From Acidobacteriota bacterium (lineage in GTDB: Bacteria; Acidobacteriota; Blastocatellia; Pyrinomonadales; Pyrinomonadaceae): 64,000 bases of DNA. Location: the NCBI GenBank assembly GCA_020199775.1, contig JAIVJZ010000046.1, positions 9,011-73,010 of the forward strand. The letters are read 5' to 3'. The translations under genes and the position numbers were made by a program. Within the stretch, counting starts at the first letter, position 1, and every line of letters starts with the position of its first letter. The notes beneath the pieces were generated by a model that saw only the letters and a program-made list of their open reading frames with translations, was not told the origin of the DNA and made no database searches. Below, piece after piece: positions 9,644-17,374 of this stretch.

Positions 9644-9812
9644 CGGGAAAAGGGATAAAGGGGAAATGCTCAAGGGCGATGGGGAAAGGGTAAAGGGGGA
9701 AAGGGTAAGGGGGGAAAGGGTAAGGGTAAAAACAAGAAGGCGCGTTTATCGTGCGCCGCTTGCTTTCCACCTTTACCCTTTCCCCTTTACCCTTTCCTCT
9801 TCCCTTATCCCC
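9644..9812. repeat. Heptamer-armed hairpin, word GGGTAAA/GGGGAAA (same family and orientation as 5543-5667)
   Basis: G-rich arm 9644-9730 (…ggggaaa gggtaaa gggggaa agggtaa ggggggaaa gggtaag ggtaaaa). Core 9728-9760 aaaaacaagaaggcgcgtttatcgtgcgccgct is identical to 5596-5628. C-rich arm 9768-9812. Ends 6 nt before the pilT stop. Confidence 0.85.
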
Positions 9813-9818
9813 GCTTCA

Positions 9819-11078
9819 TCAATCGAGCAGATCGAGCATCGAATTGCCGTTGTTTTGCGCGGGCGGCACAGCAGCGGCGGCGGCGGGTTTTTCTTCGGGC
9901 GCGCCGTCGAAGTCTGCGAGTTTGAGGCGCAGGTTGCCCTGATTCGAGGCGTAGGGCAGGGCTTCGTCTTTGTTCAGCGTGCCGTTGCGGATCAGTTTCT
10001 CAAGCACGCCGTCGAAGGTTTGCATGCCTTCGAGTTCGCCCTGCTCCATCGCATCGACGAGCGAGCGGCCTTCCGACTCGCCGCGCTCCATGTATTCGCG
10101 CGTGCGCGCCGTGGACTTGAGAATCTCAATGGCCGCGACGCGCCCCTTGCCGTCGGCGCGCGGCAGGAGACGCTGCGAGACGATGAAGCGGAAGGTCTGC
10201 GAAAGACGCGCGCGGATCGAGGCTTCTTCGTTTTTCGGGAAGACGCCGATGATGCGGTCTACGGTTTTCGAGGCGTCAATCGTGTGCAGGGTGGAGAGGA
10301 CGAGGTGTCCCGTCTCGGCCGCTTCGAGCGCGACTTCAATCGTCTCGCGGTCGCGCATCTCGCCGACGAGGATCACCTTCGGGGCTTGGCGGAGTGCGGC
10401 GCGCAGGGCGCGCGCGAAGTCGGGCGTGTCCGAGTGGAGTTCGCGCTGGTGGATGGTCGAATTCTTGTGGCGGTGGAGGAATTCGATGGGGTCTTCGATG
10501 GTGACGATGTGGTAGTACTTCTCCTCGTTGATGAGGTCGATGACGGCCGCGAGGGTCGAGGATTTGCCGGAGCCGGTCGGGCCGGTGACGAGGACGAGGC
10601 CGGTCTTGAGTTCGGCGATGCTTCTCAGTTGCGGCGGAAGGTTGAGGTCTTTCCAGCCGGGCGGGTCTTGCGGGATGACGCGCATGACGATGGCGTGCGT
10701 GCCGCGCTGCATGAAGATGTTGACGCGGAAACGCGAGAGACCGGGCGCGCTGAAAGAAACGTCCGCCGAGCCGAATTTTTCCAGACTCTCGACCGCCGCC
10801 GGGTTCCTGCCCATGATGATCTTGGAGATGCCGGACGTGTGCGCGGGCGTCAGTTTTTCAAGGCCGGGGTAAGGGATGCCCTGCAATTTCCCCAGCAGTT
10901 CAACCTGCGGCGGTCGCCCCGGCGAGAAGATCAAATCGCTGATCTTGTCTGAGGACGCGAGCATCGTTTGAAGGACATGGACGAAATTCAGGGGCGCGGG
11001 CGTCGCCGCTGCTCCGTCCGTTGTATGTGTGCCCGCTGGCTGCGCAGGGGGAGGCGTTTGAGTCAACATAGAATTCAT
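9819..11078 (-). CDS. pilT: Type IV pilus twitching-motility ATPase PilT family, with N- and C-terminal extensions
   Basis: Walker A GPTGSGKSSTLAAVID, VTIEDPIEFLH, ILVGEMRD and LVLSTLHT motifs typical of PilT/PilU. The exact start within the Pro/Ala-rich N-terminus is uncertain. Confidence 0.85.
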   Translation of the reverse strand: MNSMLTQTPPPAQPAGTHTTDGAAATPAPLNFVHVLQTMLASSDKISDLIFSPGRPPQVELLGKLQGIPYPGLEKLTPAHTSGISKIIMGRNPAAVESLEKFGSADVSFSAPGLSRFRVNIFMQRGTHAIVMRVIPQDPPGWKDLNLPPQLRSIAELKTGLVLVTGPTGSGKSSTLAAVIDLINEEKYYHIVTIEDPIEFLHRHKNSTIHQRELHSDTPDFARALRAALRQAPKVILVGEMRDRETIEVALEAAETGHLVLSTLHTIDASKTVDRIIGVFPKNEEASIRARLSQTFRFIVSQRLLPRADGKGRVAAIEILKSTARTREYMERGESEGRSLVDAMEQGELEGMQTFDGVLEKLIRNGTLNKDEALPYASNQGNLRLKLADFDGAPEEKPAAAAAVPPAQNNGNSMLDLLD

Positions 11079-11352
11079 GTTCGGTTACGAGAAAATGGAT
11101 TGACGAGAAAGTGTCGAGGGGTGTTGGCGTCCGTGAGATTATCGCCCGCGGTTTTGGCTGCCCGCCGGCGACTGGACTCTACTACTGTACCGTTCCGAAC
11201 AAACTTTCGTAAAGCCTGTAACGAAAAAAATACGCGCCGGGCAAACAACCGCGCCGTTTCCGGCGTACATCAAATTGGAGGCAAGGCACGGGATGTGCTT
11301 AATTGGTTCGCGACGGCATCCCGTATTGACCGGAAGGAGGCGCTTTCAGGTT

Positions 11353-11610
11353 ATGGCAACCTACAGAGACCCTGTGCGAGTTTTTGCTCCGCTGGAGGTG
11401 GTTGAGCGCCTGCTGGAGATTCGCGAGGAAGCGGGTTACTCTCCCGAAATATTTCTCCGCTCGTCCGATGACTTGGCAGCTTATTTCGACGCTTACGGCT
11501 TTGACGTTTACGCATTCACCGAGACGGAATCCGAGTTTCACTACGGCCGCTACCGTGCCGCGCTCGCCCCGGGCGGCGACCACGCGCACAGTTCACCGAC
11601 CGCACACTGA
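11353..11610 (+). CDS. Hypothetical small protein (85 aa)
   Basis: ATG at 11353 preceded by ggaaggagg. Followed by a strong intrinsic terminator. No recognisable domain. Confidence 0.4.
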   Translation: MATYRDPVRVFAPLEVVERLLEIREEAGYSPEIFLRSSDDLAAYFDAYGFDVYAFTETESEFHYGRYRAALAPGGDHAHSSPTAH

Positions 11611-11635
11611 TTTTCAATAAGCAAGCTTAACCGGG

Positions 11636-11676
11636 ACGGGGGCGACCTTGAAAGAGGTCGCCCCCGTTTTGCTTTT
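11636..11676 (+). terminator. Rho-independent terminator
   Basis: 12-bp GC stem acgggggcgacc / ggtcgcccccgt, 8-nt loop, then ttttgctttt. Confidence 0.75.
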
Positions 11677-11701
11677 CCGCCGTCTCCATCGAGAGGCCGG
11701 A

Positions 11702-13030
11702 CTAGAGAGCTTTGACGACGACGAAAGTTACGTCGTCGCTCGCGCCGCGGCCGTTCGTCCAGTCGAGCACGTCGGCGTGCAGGAAGTCTATTAACTTGCG
11801 CGCGCTCAATTCGCGCCCTTCCCTCACCTTGACTTCGAGCCGCTCGCGCCCGTACTCCGCGCCGTACTCGTTCGTGGCCTCCGTGATGCCGTCGGTGTAG
11901 AGCAGGATGATTTGCCCGGCCTGAATGGGCAGGTAGTATTCGTAATAGCGCGTATCACGAAACATGCCGAGCGGGAGGCCGCCGCGTTCGATGAAGCGCG
12001 CCTGCCCTTCGGCGTCCATCAGGAGCGGCGGGTTGTGCCCGGCGTTGGCGTAGGCGAGCGTGCGGTTCGTCGCGTCGAGCGCGCCGTAGAAGGCCGTCAC
12101 GTACTGGTTGTTCTCGATGGATTCCCAGAGCAGGTAGTTGACCTTCGACATCGAGATGTTCGGCGCGTAGCCGATGTGGATCGCGGCGCGCAGCGAGGCG
12201 CGCAGAAAGGCCATCAGCAGCGCGGCGGGCACGCCCTTGCCCGACACGTCCGCGATGACGATGCCGAGATGATCCTCGTAGAGACTGACGAAATCGTAGT
12301 AGTCGCCGGAAACTTCTTCGGTCGAAAAGTTGTACGCGCTGATGTCGAAGCCTTCGAGTTGCGGGTCGCGCGAGGGCAGCAGTTCGAGTTGGACGTGGCG
12401 CGCGACTTCGAGTTGCGCCTGCAAACGTTTCTTCTCGACCGACTGCTTGTGCAGCATGGCCTTCTCGATGATGATCGCGACCTGCGAGGCGAGCAGCATC
12501 AGAATTTCCAGATCGTCTTCGGTGTAGGCGTTCTTCCGGTCGCTTTCCAGATCGAACGCGCCGATCACTTCGTCGTTCGAGATGATCGGGGCGACCATCT
12601 CCGAGCAGGTTGCGCGGCGCGCGTTGACATAGCGCGGGTCTTGGCTCACGTCGTGCACGATGAGAGGCTCGCCGGTCTGCGCCGCGTAGCCGAGCAGCCC
12701 TTCGCCGACCTTCAGATGCAGTTCGGTCAGTTCGTTGATGTCGTAGCCGCGCACGGAGGTGGTGCTGAAACCCTTGAGCGCGCCGAGGTCGCCGCTGTTG
12801 CTCGTGCCGTCGGCCTGCGGGTTGCGCTCGATCATGTAAATGCCCGCCGCGTCGTAAGGGAGGAGCGAGCCGAGCGTGTCCATCACGAGTTCGAGCACCT
12901 CGTCCACGTCGAGCGAGCGACTGATCTTCTTCGTGATGTCGAGCAGCAGCCGCAGCTTATCGACGACGGTTAACTTTGCCCCCGCCACCGTCTCGGCCGC
13001 ATCCGTGGTCTGTTCAGTCATAGCAATCAC
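11702..13030 (-). CDS. GAF domain-containing PP2C (SpoIIE/RsbU-type) serine phosphatase
   Basis: N-terminal GAF-like region. C-terminal EVARHVQLELLP...EVSGDYYDF...IADVSGKGVPAALLMA...TDGITEA...DDVTFVVVK is typical of the SpoIIE/PP2C family. Start is GTG 13030 or ATG 13021. Confidence 0.85.
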   Translation of the reverse strand: MIAMTEQTTDAAETVAGAKLTVVDKLRLLLDITKKISRSLDVDEVLELVMDTLGSLLPYDAAGIYMIERNPQADGTSNSGDLGALKGFSTTSVRGYDINELTELHLKVGEGLLGYAAQTGEPLIVHDVSQDPRYVNARRATCSEMVAPIISNDEVIGAFDLESDRKNAYTEDDLEILMLLASQVAIIIEKAMLHKQSVEKKRLQAQLEVARHVQLELLPSRDPQLEGFDISAYNFSTEEVSGDYYDFVSLYEDHLGIVIADVSGKGVPAALLMAFLRASLRAAIHIGYAPNISMSKVNYLLWESIENNQYVTAFYGALDATNRTLAYANAGHNPPLLMDAEGQARFIERGGLPLGMFRDTRYYEYYLPIQAGQIILLYTDGITEATNEYGAEYGRERLEVKVREGRELSARKLIDFLHADVLDWTNGRGASDDVTFVVVKAL

Positions 13031-13091
13031 ACCGTCCGCTCAGCTTCCGCATAGGCGCGCCGCCCTGCGCCCACGCCAAACTCAGATTATA

Positions 13092-13135
13092 GATGAAGGA
13101 CGCGGCAGAGCAAGGATGAAGACGGAAAGATGAAG
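13092..13135. repeat. Degenerate single arm of the GATGAAG word family (no partner arm found)
   Basis: gatgaag at 13092, 13115 and 13129 (spacings 23 and 14 nt), in the gap between the PP2C gene start and the primase gene stop. Confidence 0.4.
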
Positions 13136-13174
13136 GTCCGATCAGAAAACCCGTCAAGCAAGTTGGCATCACTT

Positions 13175-14311
13175 TCATCCCTCGCCCTCGTCCAACACGG
13201 CTTCCGTCAACAACGCAAACTCCAAGGCCGCCGCCGGGCGATGCCGGAAGAAATCGTTGACATCGGCGGGGAGCGTGATGCGCGCGAGCGAGAGGCCGCG
13301 CGCTTTGAAGAGTTCGCCGTAACGTTCGGCGGCGCGTCGCCCGGCCGCGTCCGGGTCGAGCGCGGCGACGACGCGGAAGCGGCCGAGCGACGCGAGCCAT
13401 TCCTCTTTCAAGCCGCCCGCGCCGACGAGCCCGACCGCCGCGAAGTCGTGCGCCGCGAGCGTCAGCGTGTCGGTAAAACCTTCGACCAGATAGACGACGC
13501 TTCCGCTCGCCAGTTCGTTCAAAGCGTCTACGTTGTAAAGCGACGGCACGACGCCGCGCATGTTGTGCCAACGCGGCTCGACTCCGGCGGCGGTCGTCCG
13601 CGCCTGCACATAGATCGCGCGCCCCTCGACGCGAAACGGGAACAACAGACGGTGCCGGTAAAACGTCAGGTGCGCACGCGCGTTGAACAGGCCGCCGCGT
13701 TGCAACTCTTCGAGCGGAAACGCGGCCTGCATCTTTCGCATCACGCGGCGGTACGCGCGACGCGGAAAGTAGACGACGTCTGCGCGCCGCGCCGTCCCGG
13801 CGTCAATCCCGCGGCGCGCGAGGTAGCCCAGTCCTTCCGTCTGATCTTCCGCGCGACACGCCGCGAGGAACGTCTCGCAGACCGCAGCCATGCGTTCCGC
13901 GCCGAGCGGTTCCGGTTCGTGCCCGGACGCCGACACCTCGTCGGGCGCGGCGCGCTGTGCGAGTGAACGCCCGCGGCTACCACGCCCGCCGAGTCCGAGT
14001 TCGCGCGCCAGTTCGCCGACGGCGCGGCCGAACTTCACCTCGTGCATCAACTCGTAGAAACGGATCGCGTCGCCGCCTTCGTCGCGCGAGAAGCAATGGA
14101 AGAGGCCGCGCGTGAGGTCTACGGAGAGGCTCGGATGGCCTCGGCCGCTGTGTGCGTGTGCGGGGATGGGGCAGAGCGTTTGGAGTCGATTGCCCGTGGG
14201 ATGTGCGTGCGGACAATAGCGCAGGTAAAAAGTGCGATAGTCTATGACGCGCTTGATCGCGTCGCGAAGTGCGAGCAGCCGTTCGCGTTCGGACTCCGGC
14301 TCAACGGGCAT
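13175..14311 (-). CDS. DnaG-like primase (CHC2-type zinc-finger region + Toprim domain), phage/plasmid type
   Basis: CPIPAHAHSGRGHPSLSVDLTRGLFHCFS resembles the DnaG CHC2 finger, but the fourth Cys position reads SRD. Toprim Glu in YLVEGFTDTLTL and DxD in ALDPDAAG. No helicase domain. ATG overlaps the upstream gene by 11 nt. Confidence 0.72.
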   Translation of the reverse strand: MPVEPESERERLLALRDAIKRVIDYRTFYLRYCPHAHPTGNRLQTLCPIPAHAHSGRGHPSLSVDLTRGLFHCFSRDEGGDAIRFYELMHEVKFGRAVGELARELGLGGRGSRGRSLAQRAAPDEVSASGHEPEPLGAERMAAVCETFLAACRAEDQTEGLGYLARRGIDAGTARRADVVYFPRRAYRRVMRKMQAAFPLEELQRGGLFNARAHLTFYRHRLLFPFRVEGRAIYVQARTTAAGVEPRWHNMRGVVPSLYNVDALNELASGSVVYLVEGFTDTLTLAAHDFAAVGLVGAGGLKEEWLASLGRFRVVAALDPDAAGRRAAERYGELFKARGLSLARITLPADVNDFFRHRPAAALEFALLTEAVLDEGEG

Positions 14312-14966
14312 GGCCGCTGTTGTTCGCGTAAGCCTGCCTGGCCGCCCAACGCGCCTCGACCTCTTCCGCGTGGCGCGCCCGGTACTCGCCCCACAGGCGC
14401 GACACCTTCATGCGGTATTCGACCAGCTCGCGGCTCACGTTGAACTGCCGCGCGATCTCCGTCGAAGTCCGACCCGCGCGCACGTATCGCCGCAGCGACG
14501 AGAAGGGCACGAGCGCGGCCGCGCCCACCGCATAAGCCGCCTCCTCGTCCGCCTCGTTGTAATCGCGCGCCACGGTCTTCCCCTGCTTGTTCTGCGCGAC
14601 GATGGACAGACGGTTCGCCTTGTGGCCGAGAAAGACGTGGCAGACTTCCTCCATCAACGTCGCGTTGTTGCGCGCCGCCCCGTGCTTCGGATTCAGCAGC
14701 ACCAGACGCCACCCGTTCGGCAGCGGGCGCGAGCACGTCCCGCCCGACCACGCATCAGAACCCACCCCCAGCAAATGCTCCCGCGTCTCTTCCGACAACC
14801 CCTGCACCTGCTCGAAATCAATCACCATCAACTTCGCGAAGTGCGCCAGCGCAAACGGGTCGAGCGGCTCGTCGTCGCGCCGCAACCCCGCGAACTCGCG
14901 CAACCCCATCGCCCGCACCTCGTACTGGCGTCCCTTAAACGTCGGCGGAAATTTCGTCTCGTCCAC
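14301..14966 (-). CDS. ImmA/IrrE-family (COG2856-like) metallopeptidase homologue with a variant EExxH motif
   Basis: RNNATLMEEVCHVFLGH aligns to the family pattern R..fTLaHElgHvlLgH. EEAAYAVGAAALVP and the C-terminal helix ...IARQFNVSRELVEYRM match the family tail. GTG start. Confidence 0.62.
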   Translation of the reverse strand: MDETKFPPTFKGRQYEVRAMGLREFAGLRRDDEPLDPFALAHFAKLMVIDFEQVQGLSEETREHLLGVGSDAWSGGTCSRPLPNGWRLVLLNPKHGAARNNATLMEEVCHVFLGHKANRLSIVAQNKQGKTVARDYNEADEEAAYAVGAAALVPFSSLRRYVRAGRTSTEIARQFNVSRELVEYRMKVSRLWGEYRARHAEEVEARWAARQAYANNSGHAR

Positions 14967-14990
14967 GATCTTGCTGATCCCTATTCCCGG

Positions 14991-15566
14991 CTATGCCGCC
15001 CCTGCGACCTTCGCGTATGCGTCCTTCAAGGCAATCTCACAACCGATGACGCTGATCTTTATCACGTCTCCCGCATCGTGATATTCCGAGTATCGCCATT
15101 CCTTGTCGCTCTGCCTCACATACTGCTCGATCCGGCACGGCTCTTGAGCGACGAGAATGTATTCCGTCAGTGACGCGATCTGCTGGTACTGCTCAAACTT
15201 CTTCCCACGGTCATATGCTTCCGTCGAAGCCGACAAAACCTCGATGATCACCACCGGATTGAGCAGCGTGTCATTCTCCGCATCATCAAACAACTCCGGC
15301 TCACACGCCACAACGACATCGGGATACGTGTACTTCCCCGTCGCGCTCACCTTCACGCGCATATCGCTCGGATAAACATTGCACGCGCGCTCAAGCAACT
15401 GATTACCAAGCACGCGAATGATGTTCGCCGCAATGAGATTATGTCGCTTACTCGCGCCCACCATCGCAAACACTTCGCCCCCGAAATACTCGCTCCGCGT
15501 CTCGGCCTTTCGCTCCGCGGCGAGATATTCCTCCGGGGTCATTAATGTTTTACGTTGAGAAGACAT
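14991..15566 (-). CDS. Uma2 family (DUF820) PD-(D/E)xK endonuclease
   Basis: MTPEEYLAAE...SEYFGGEVFAMVGASKRHNLIAANI...YPDVVVAC...NPVVIIEVLSASTEAYDRGKKFEQY is the characteristic Uma2 pattern. Confidence 0.85.
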   Translation of the reverse strand: MSSQRKTLMTPEEYLAAERKAETRSEYFGGEVFAMVGASKRHNLIAANIIRVLGNQLLERACNVYPSDMRVKVSATGKYTYPDVVVACEPELFDDAENDTLLNPVVIIEVLSASTEAYDRGKKFEQYQQIASLTEYILVAQEPCRIEQYVRQSDKEWRYSEYHDAGDVIKISVIGCEIALKDAYAKVAGAA

Positions 15567-15594
15567 AATGTTTCTGCCCTTGCGCCAGCCGCTA

Positions 15595-15828
15595 TCAGGA
15601 CAACTTATCCCATTCCTCGGCCGTTATCTGACGGCCGGTAATGGCTTCGACTTCACGCAACATCATCCGCAGTTGCGGCACGGAGTATTCAGAATTGGAA
15701 GGGATAGTGAGCCGGTGCTGTTGATAAATCATAAACTGATGCTTCGCACCGGAATACAAACCTTCAAAGCCAAGTTGCCGCAGCCGCCGGATGAAATCGG
15801 ATCGTTTACACGGATTCCAGCGACTCAT
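15595..15828 (-). CDS. hicA: HicA family toxin (mRNA interferase)
   Basis: 77 aa; KRSDFIRRLRQLGFEGLYSGAKHQFM...LTIPSN matches the HicA/YcfA pattern. Overlaps the hicB-like gene by 23 nt. Confidence 0.8.
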   Translation of the reverse strand: MSRWNPCKRSDFIRRLRQLGFEGLYSGAKHQFMIYQQHRLTIPSNSEYSVPQLRMMLREVEAITGRQITAEEWDKLS

Positions 15829-16078
15829 AGACAGGCTCCCTGTTCAGGTCTATCCCGTCAATCACCGGAAGCTGATGCCCTAACTTCAAACCCAGCCACA
15901 GCCAGTCTTCCAGAGTCGAACGCAACTCTTCTTCACACTCTCTCAACGTCGCACCGAAAGACACCACTCCCATACACGTCTCAATCCGACCGGAAAAACT
16001 ACCATCCTCCAACTTGTCATACTCCGCCCCCGCCATCGCGGATTCTAAATATTCGCTCAAGATGAATTGTATGCTCAT
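15806..16078 (-). CDS. hicB: HicB family antitoxin (N-terminal HicB fold only)
   Basis: ATG 16078 preceded by agaggtgg. YDKLEDGSFSGRI...GVVSFGATLRECEEELRSTLEDWL is HicB-like. No obvious C-terminal DNA-binding domain. Confidence 0.72.
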   Translation of the reverse strand: MSIQFILSEYLESAMAGAEYDKLEDGSFSGRIETCMGVVSFGATLRECEEELRSTLEDWLWLGLKLGHQLPVIDGIDLNREPVYESLESV

Positions 16079-16134
16079 AGCCACCTCTGGACTTTGTACC
16101 TTAATACTCTCAAATGCACAGAGCAAGCTGATGT

Positions 16135-16380
16135 TTATGAGATTTTGGTTTTATCAAACTGACGTTTACTGGGACAAACATCCCAATCAAATGTCCAAGA
16201 GCTAGACGAGATTTGTCTAGCAATACCGCATCTAAATTTGTCGACGCAATTCCTGAAGTTCATGCCCATAGGAATAGGTTGGGGTAGCTCATCAACAGTC
16301 AGGAAAGATTTCTCAATTCGTACATCAGCTATACCTCCTAAAACCGGACAATTAAAATTGTGTCTCTCAATCTTGTTCAT
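16135..16380 (-). CDS. Hypothetical small Cys-containing protein (81 aa), low GC
   Basis: ATG 16380 preceded by aaggag at 5-nt spacing. Four Cys (NCPV...NCVDKFRCG...VCPS). No recognisable family. Confidence 0.45.
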   Translation of the reverse strand: MNKIERHNFNCPVLGGIADVRIEKSFLTVDELPQPIPMGMNFRNCVDKFRCGIARQISSSSWTFDWDVCPSKRQFDKTKIS

Positions 16381-16425
16381 ATAGTCTCCTTTCAAAGAAT
16401 AGCGGGATAAAGCACTAACTACAAT

Positions 16426-16459
16426 TTAGGCGCGCGACTCAGTAGAGCCGCGCGCCTAA
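16426..16459 (-). terminator. GC-rich hairpin downstream of the XRE gene (possible terminator; weak U-tract)
   Basis: 11-bp stem ttaggcgcgcg / cgcgcgcctaa with a 12-nt loop, in an otherwise AT-rich spacer. Confidence 0.35.
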
Positions 16460-16484
16460 TAAACTTGAGAACTGAGAGTGCCGG

Positions 16485-16919
16485 TTACTTCCGCTTGTTG
16501 CGCGTGCGCGGGTCTTCGCCGGGATGGCTGAACTGGGCGTAGGCGACGCGGAAGAGTTCGGAGAGGGCTTTGGCGGTTTCGGCCGAGAGGTTGCGGTCGG
16601 CGCGCAGGTGCGCTTCGACGATGTCGGGCGTCGCTTCGTGCGGGAAGTAGACGACCGCTTTGGCCGCTTCGTTGCCGCCGGCGTCCGGCTGGCGGCCAGA
16701 CATGATGCGCTCCATCGGCATGTCGAGCCACGCGGTGAGGCGTGCGATGTTGTCGGCGTCGGGTTTGCCCGTGCCGTTTTCGATGCGCGAGAGCGTCGAG
16801 GCCGAAACCTGCGTTTCCGTCGCCACATCGCGCAGGCTCAAGCCCGCTTCCTCGCGTTTGCGGCGGATCGCCCGCCCCAGTTCCACCGTGTTTACTAAAC
16901 TTTTTCCTGATTCTGCCAT
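16485..16919 (-). CDS. XRE/cI-family helix-turn-helix transcriptional repressor
   Basis: LGRAIRRKREEAGLSLRDVATETQVSASTLSRIENG is a canonical HTH_XRE, followed by an extra C-terminal domain of about 75 aa. ggagg lies 8 nt upstream of the ATG. Confidence 0.85.
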   Translation of the reverse strand: MAESGKSLVNTVELGRAIRRKREEAGLSLRDVATETQVSASTLSRIENGTGKPDADNIARLTAWLDMPMERIMSGRQPDAGGNEAAKAVVYFPHEATPDIVEAHLRADRNLSAETAKALSELFRVAYAQFSHPGEDPRTRNKRK

Positions 16920-16989
16920 ATTTTTGGCCTCCTTCTAGCGTGTTCCCCGCCTCTGTAAGAGCGGGCACACGCCCCTCCTCTAAGCCCAG

Positions 16990-17018
16990 AACATATCACA
17001 GGAAAATCCCAGACGCAA
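16990..17018 (-). promoter_or_regulatory. Candidate sigma-70-like promoter for the XRE gene
   Basis: On the minus strand TTGCGT-17 nt-TATGTT (plus-strand acgcaa 17013-17018, aacata 16990-16995). Confidence 0.35.
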
Positions 17019-17033
17019 GACCTTGTTTTATGC

Positions 17034-17062
17034 TTGCAACAAAAAACGTCCCATGGTACACT
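17034..17062 (+). promoter_or_regulatory. Candidate sigma-70-like promoter for the rightward operon
   Basis: TTGCAA (17034-17039)-17 nt-TACACT (17057-17062). Back-to-back with the leftward promoter. Confidence 0.4.
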
Positions 17063-17080
17063 GTTTCACGTATGAAACAG
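17061..17080. promoter_or_regulatory. Candidate operator palindrome
   Basis: CTGTTTCA-cgta-TGAAACAG, a perfect 8+4+8 inverted repeat overlapping the -10/+1 of the rightward promoter. Confidence 0.45.
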
Positions 17081-17125
17081 AGCGTTTCGGACTCTGTGGC
17101 AAATGGCGAAAAACGAGAGGGTGTA

Positions 17126-17341
17126 ATGAGCGATCACATCTGGGAGACATTCGACGGCTTGTTCAAGACGGTACACCGGCAGGGGCGGCGCGTCGAAGAG
17201 TTGGAGGCGCGCATCGTCGACCTCGAACGCCGTCTGGCGGAACGCGCCGCAGTAGCGGTCGGGAGCACGGCGGCGCAGCAGCAGCAGCCGAAGCAAGCGC
17301 AGACGACGGTGAGCGAAATGCCCGTCGAGCGCGCGGCGTAA
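17126..17341 (+). CDS. Hypothetical small coiled-coil protein (71 aa)
   Basis: ATG 17126 preceded by gagaggg. RRVEELEARIVDLERRLAER is coiled-coil-like. First gene of the rightward operon. Confidence 0.45.
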   Translation: MSDHIWETFDGLFKTVHRQGRRVEELEARIVDLERRLAERAAVAVGSTAAQQQQPKQAQTTVSEMPVERAA

Positions 17342-17374
17342 GTTTTGACAGGAGATTTGAAGGAGTTAACAGTC

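Noticed and set aside
9597-9770. N-terminal extension of the lipoprotein ORF (…PYPFPPYPFPLYPFP…)
   Set aside because: This is simply the translated C-rich arm of the hairpin at 9644-9812. A proper signal peptide starts at ATG 9596.
8640-10952. 770-aa plus-strand ORF
   Set aside because: It runs antisense to the well-supported pilT and lipoprotein genes and straight through a hairpin element. Its Arg/Gly/Ala-rich composition is typical of wrong-frame ORFs in GC-rich DNA, and it has no recognisable motifs.
16742-17125. Upstream part of the 199-aa ORF 16742-17341, and ATG 17072 as a possible start
   Set aside because: It is antisense to the XRE gene and crosses the promoter region. ATG 17072 lies inside the operator palindrome, while ATG 17126 has a gagaggg ribosome-binding site.
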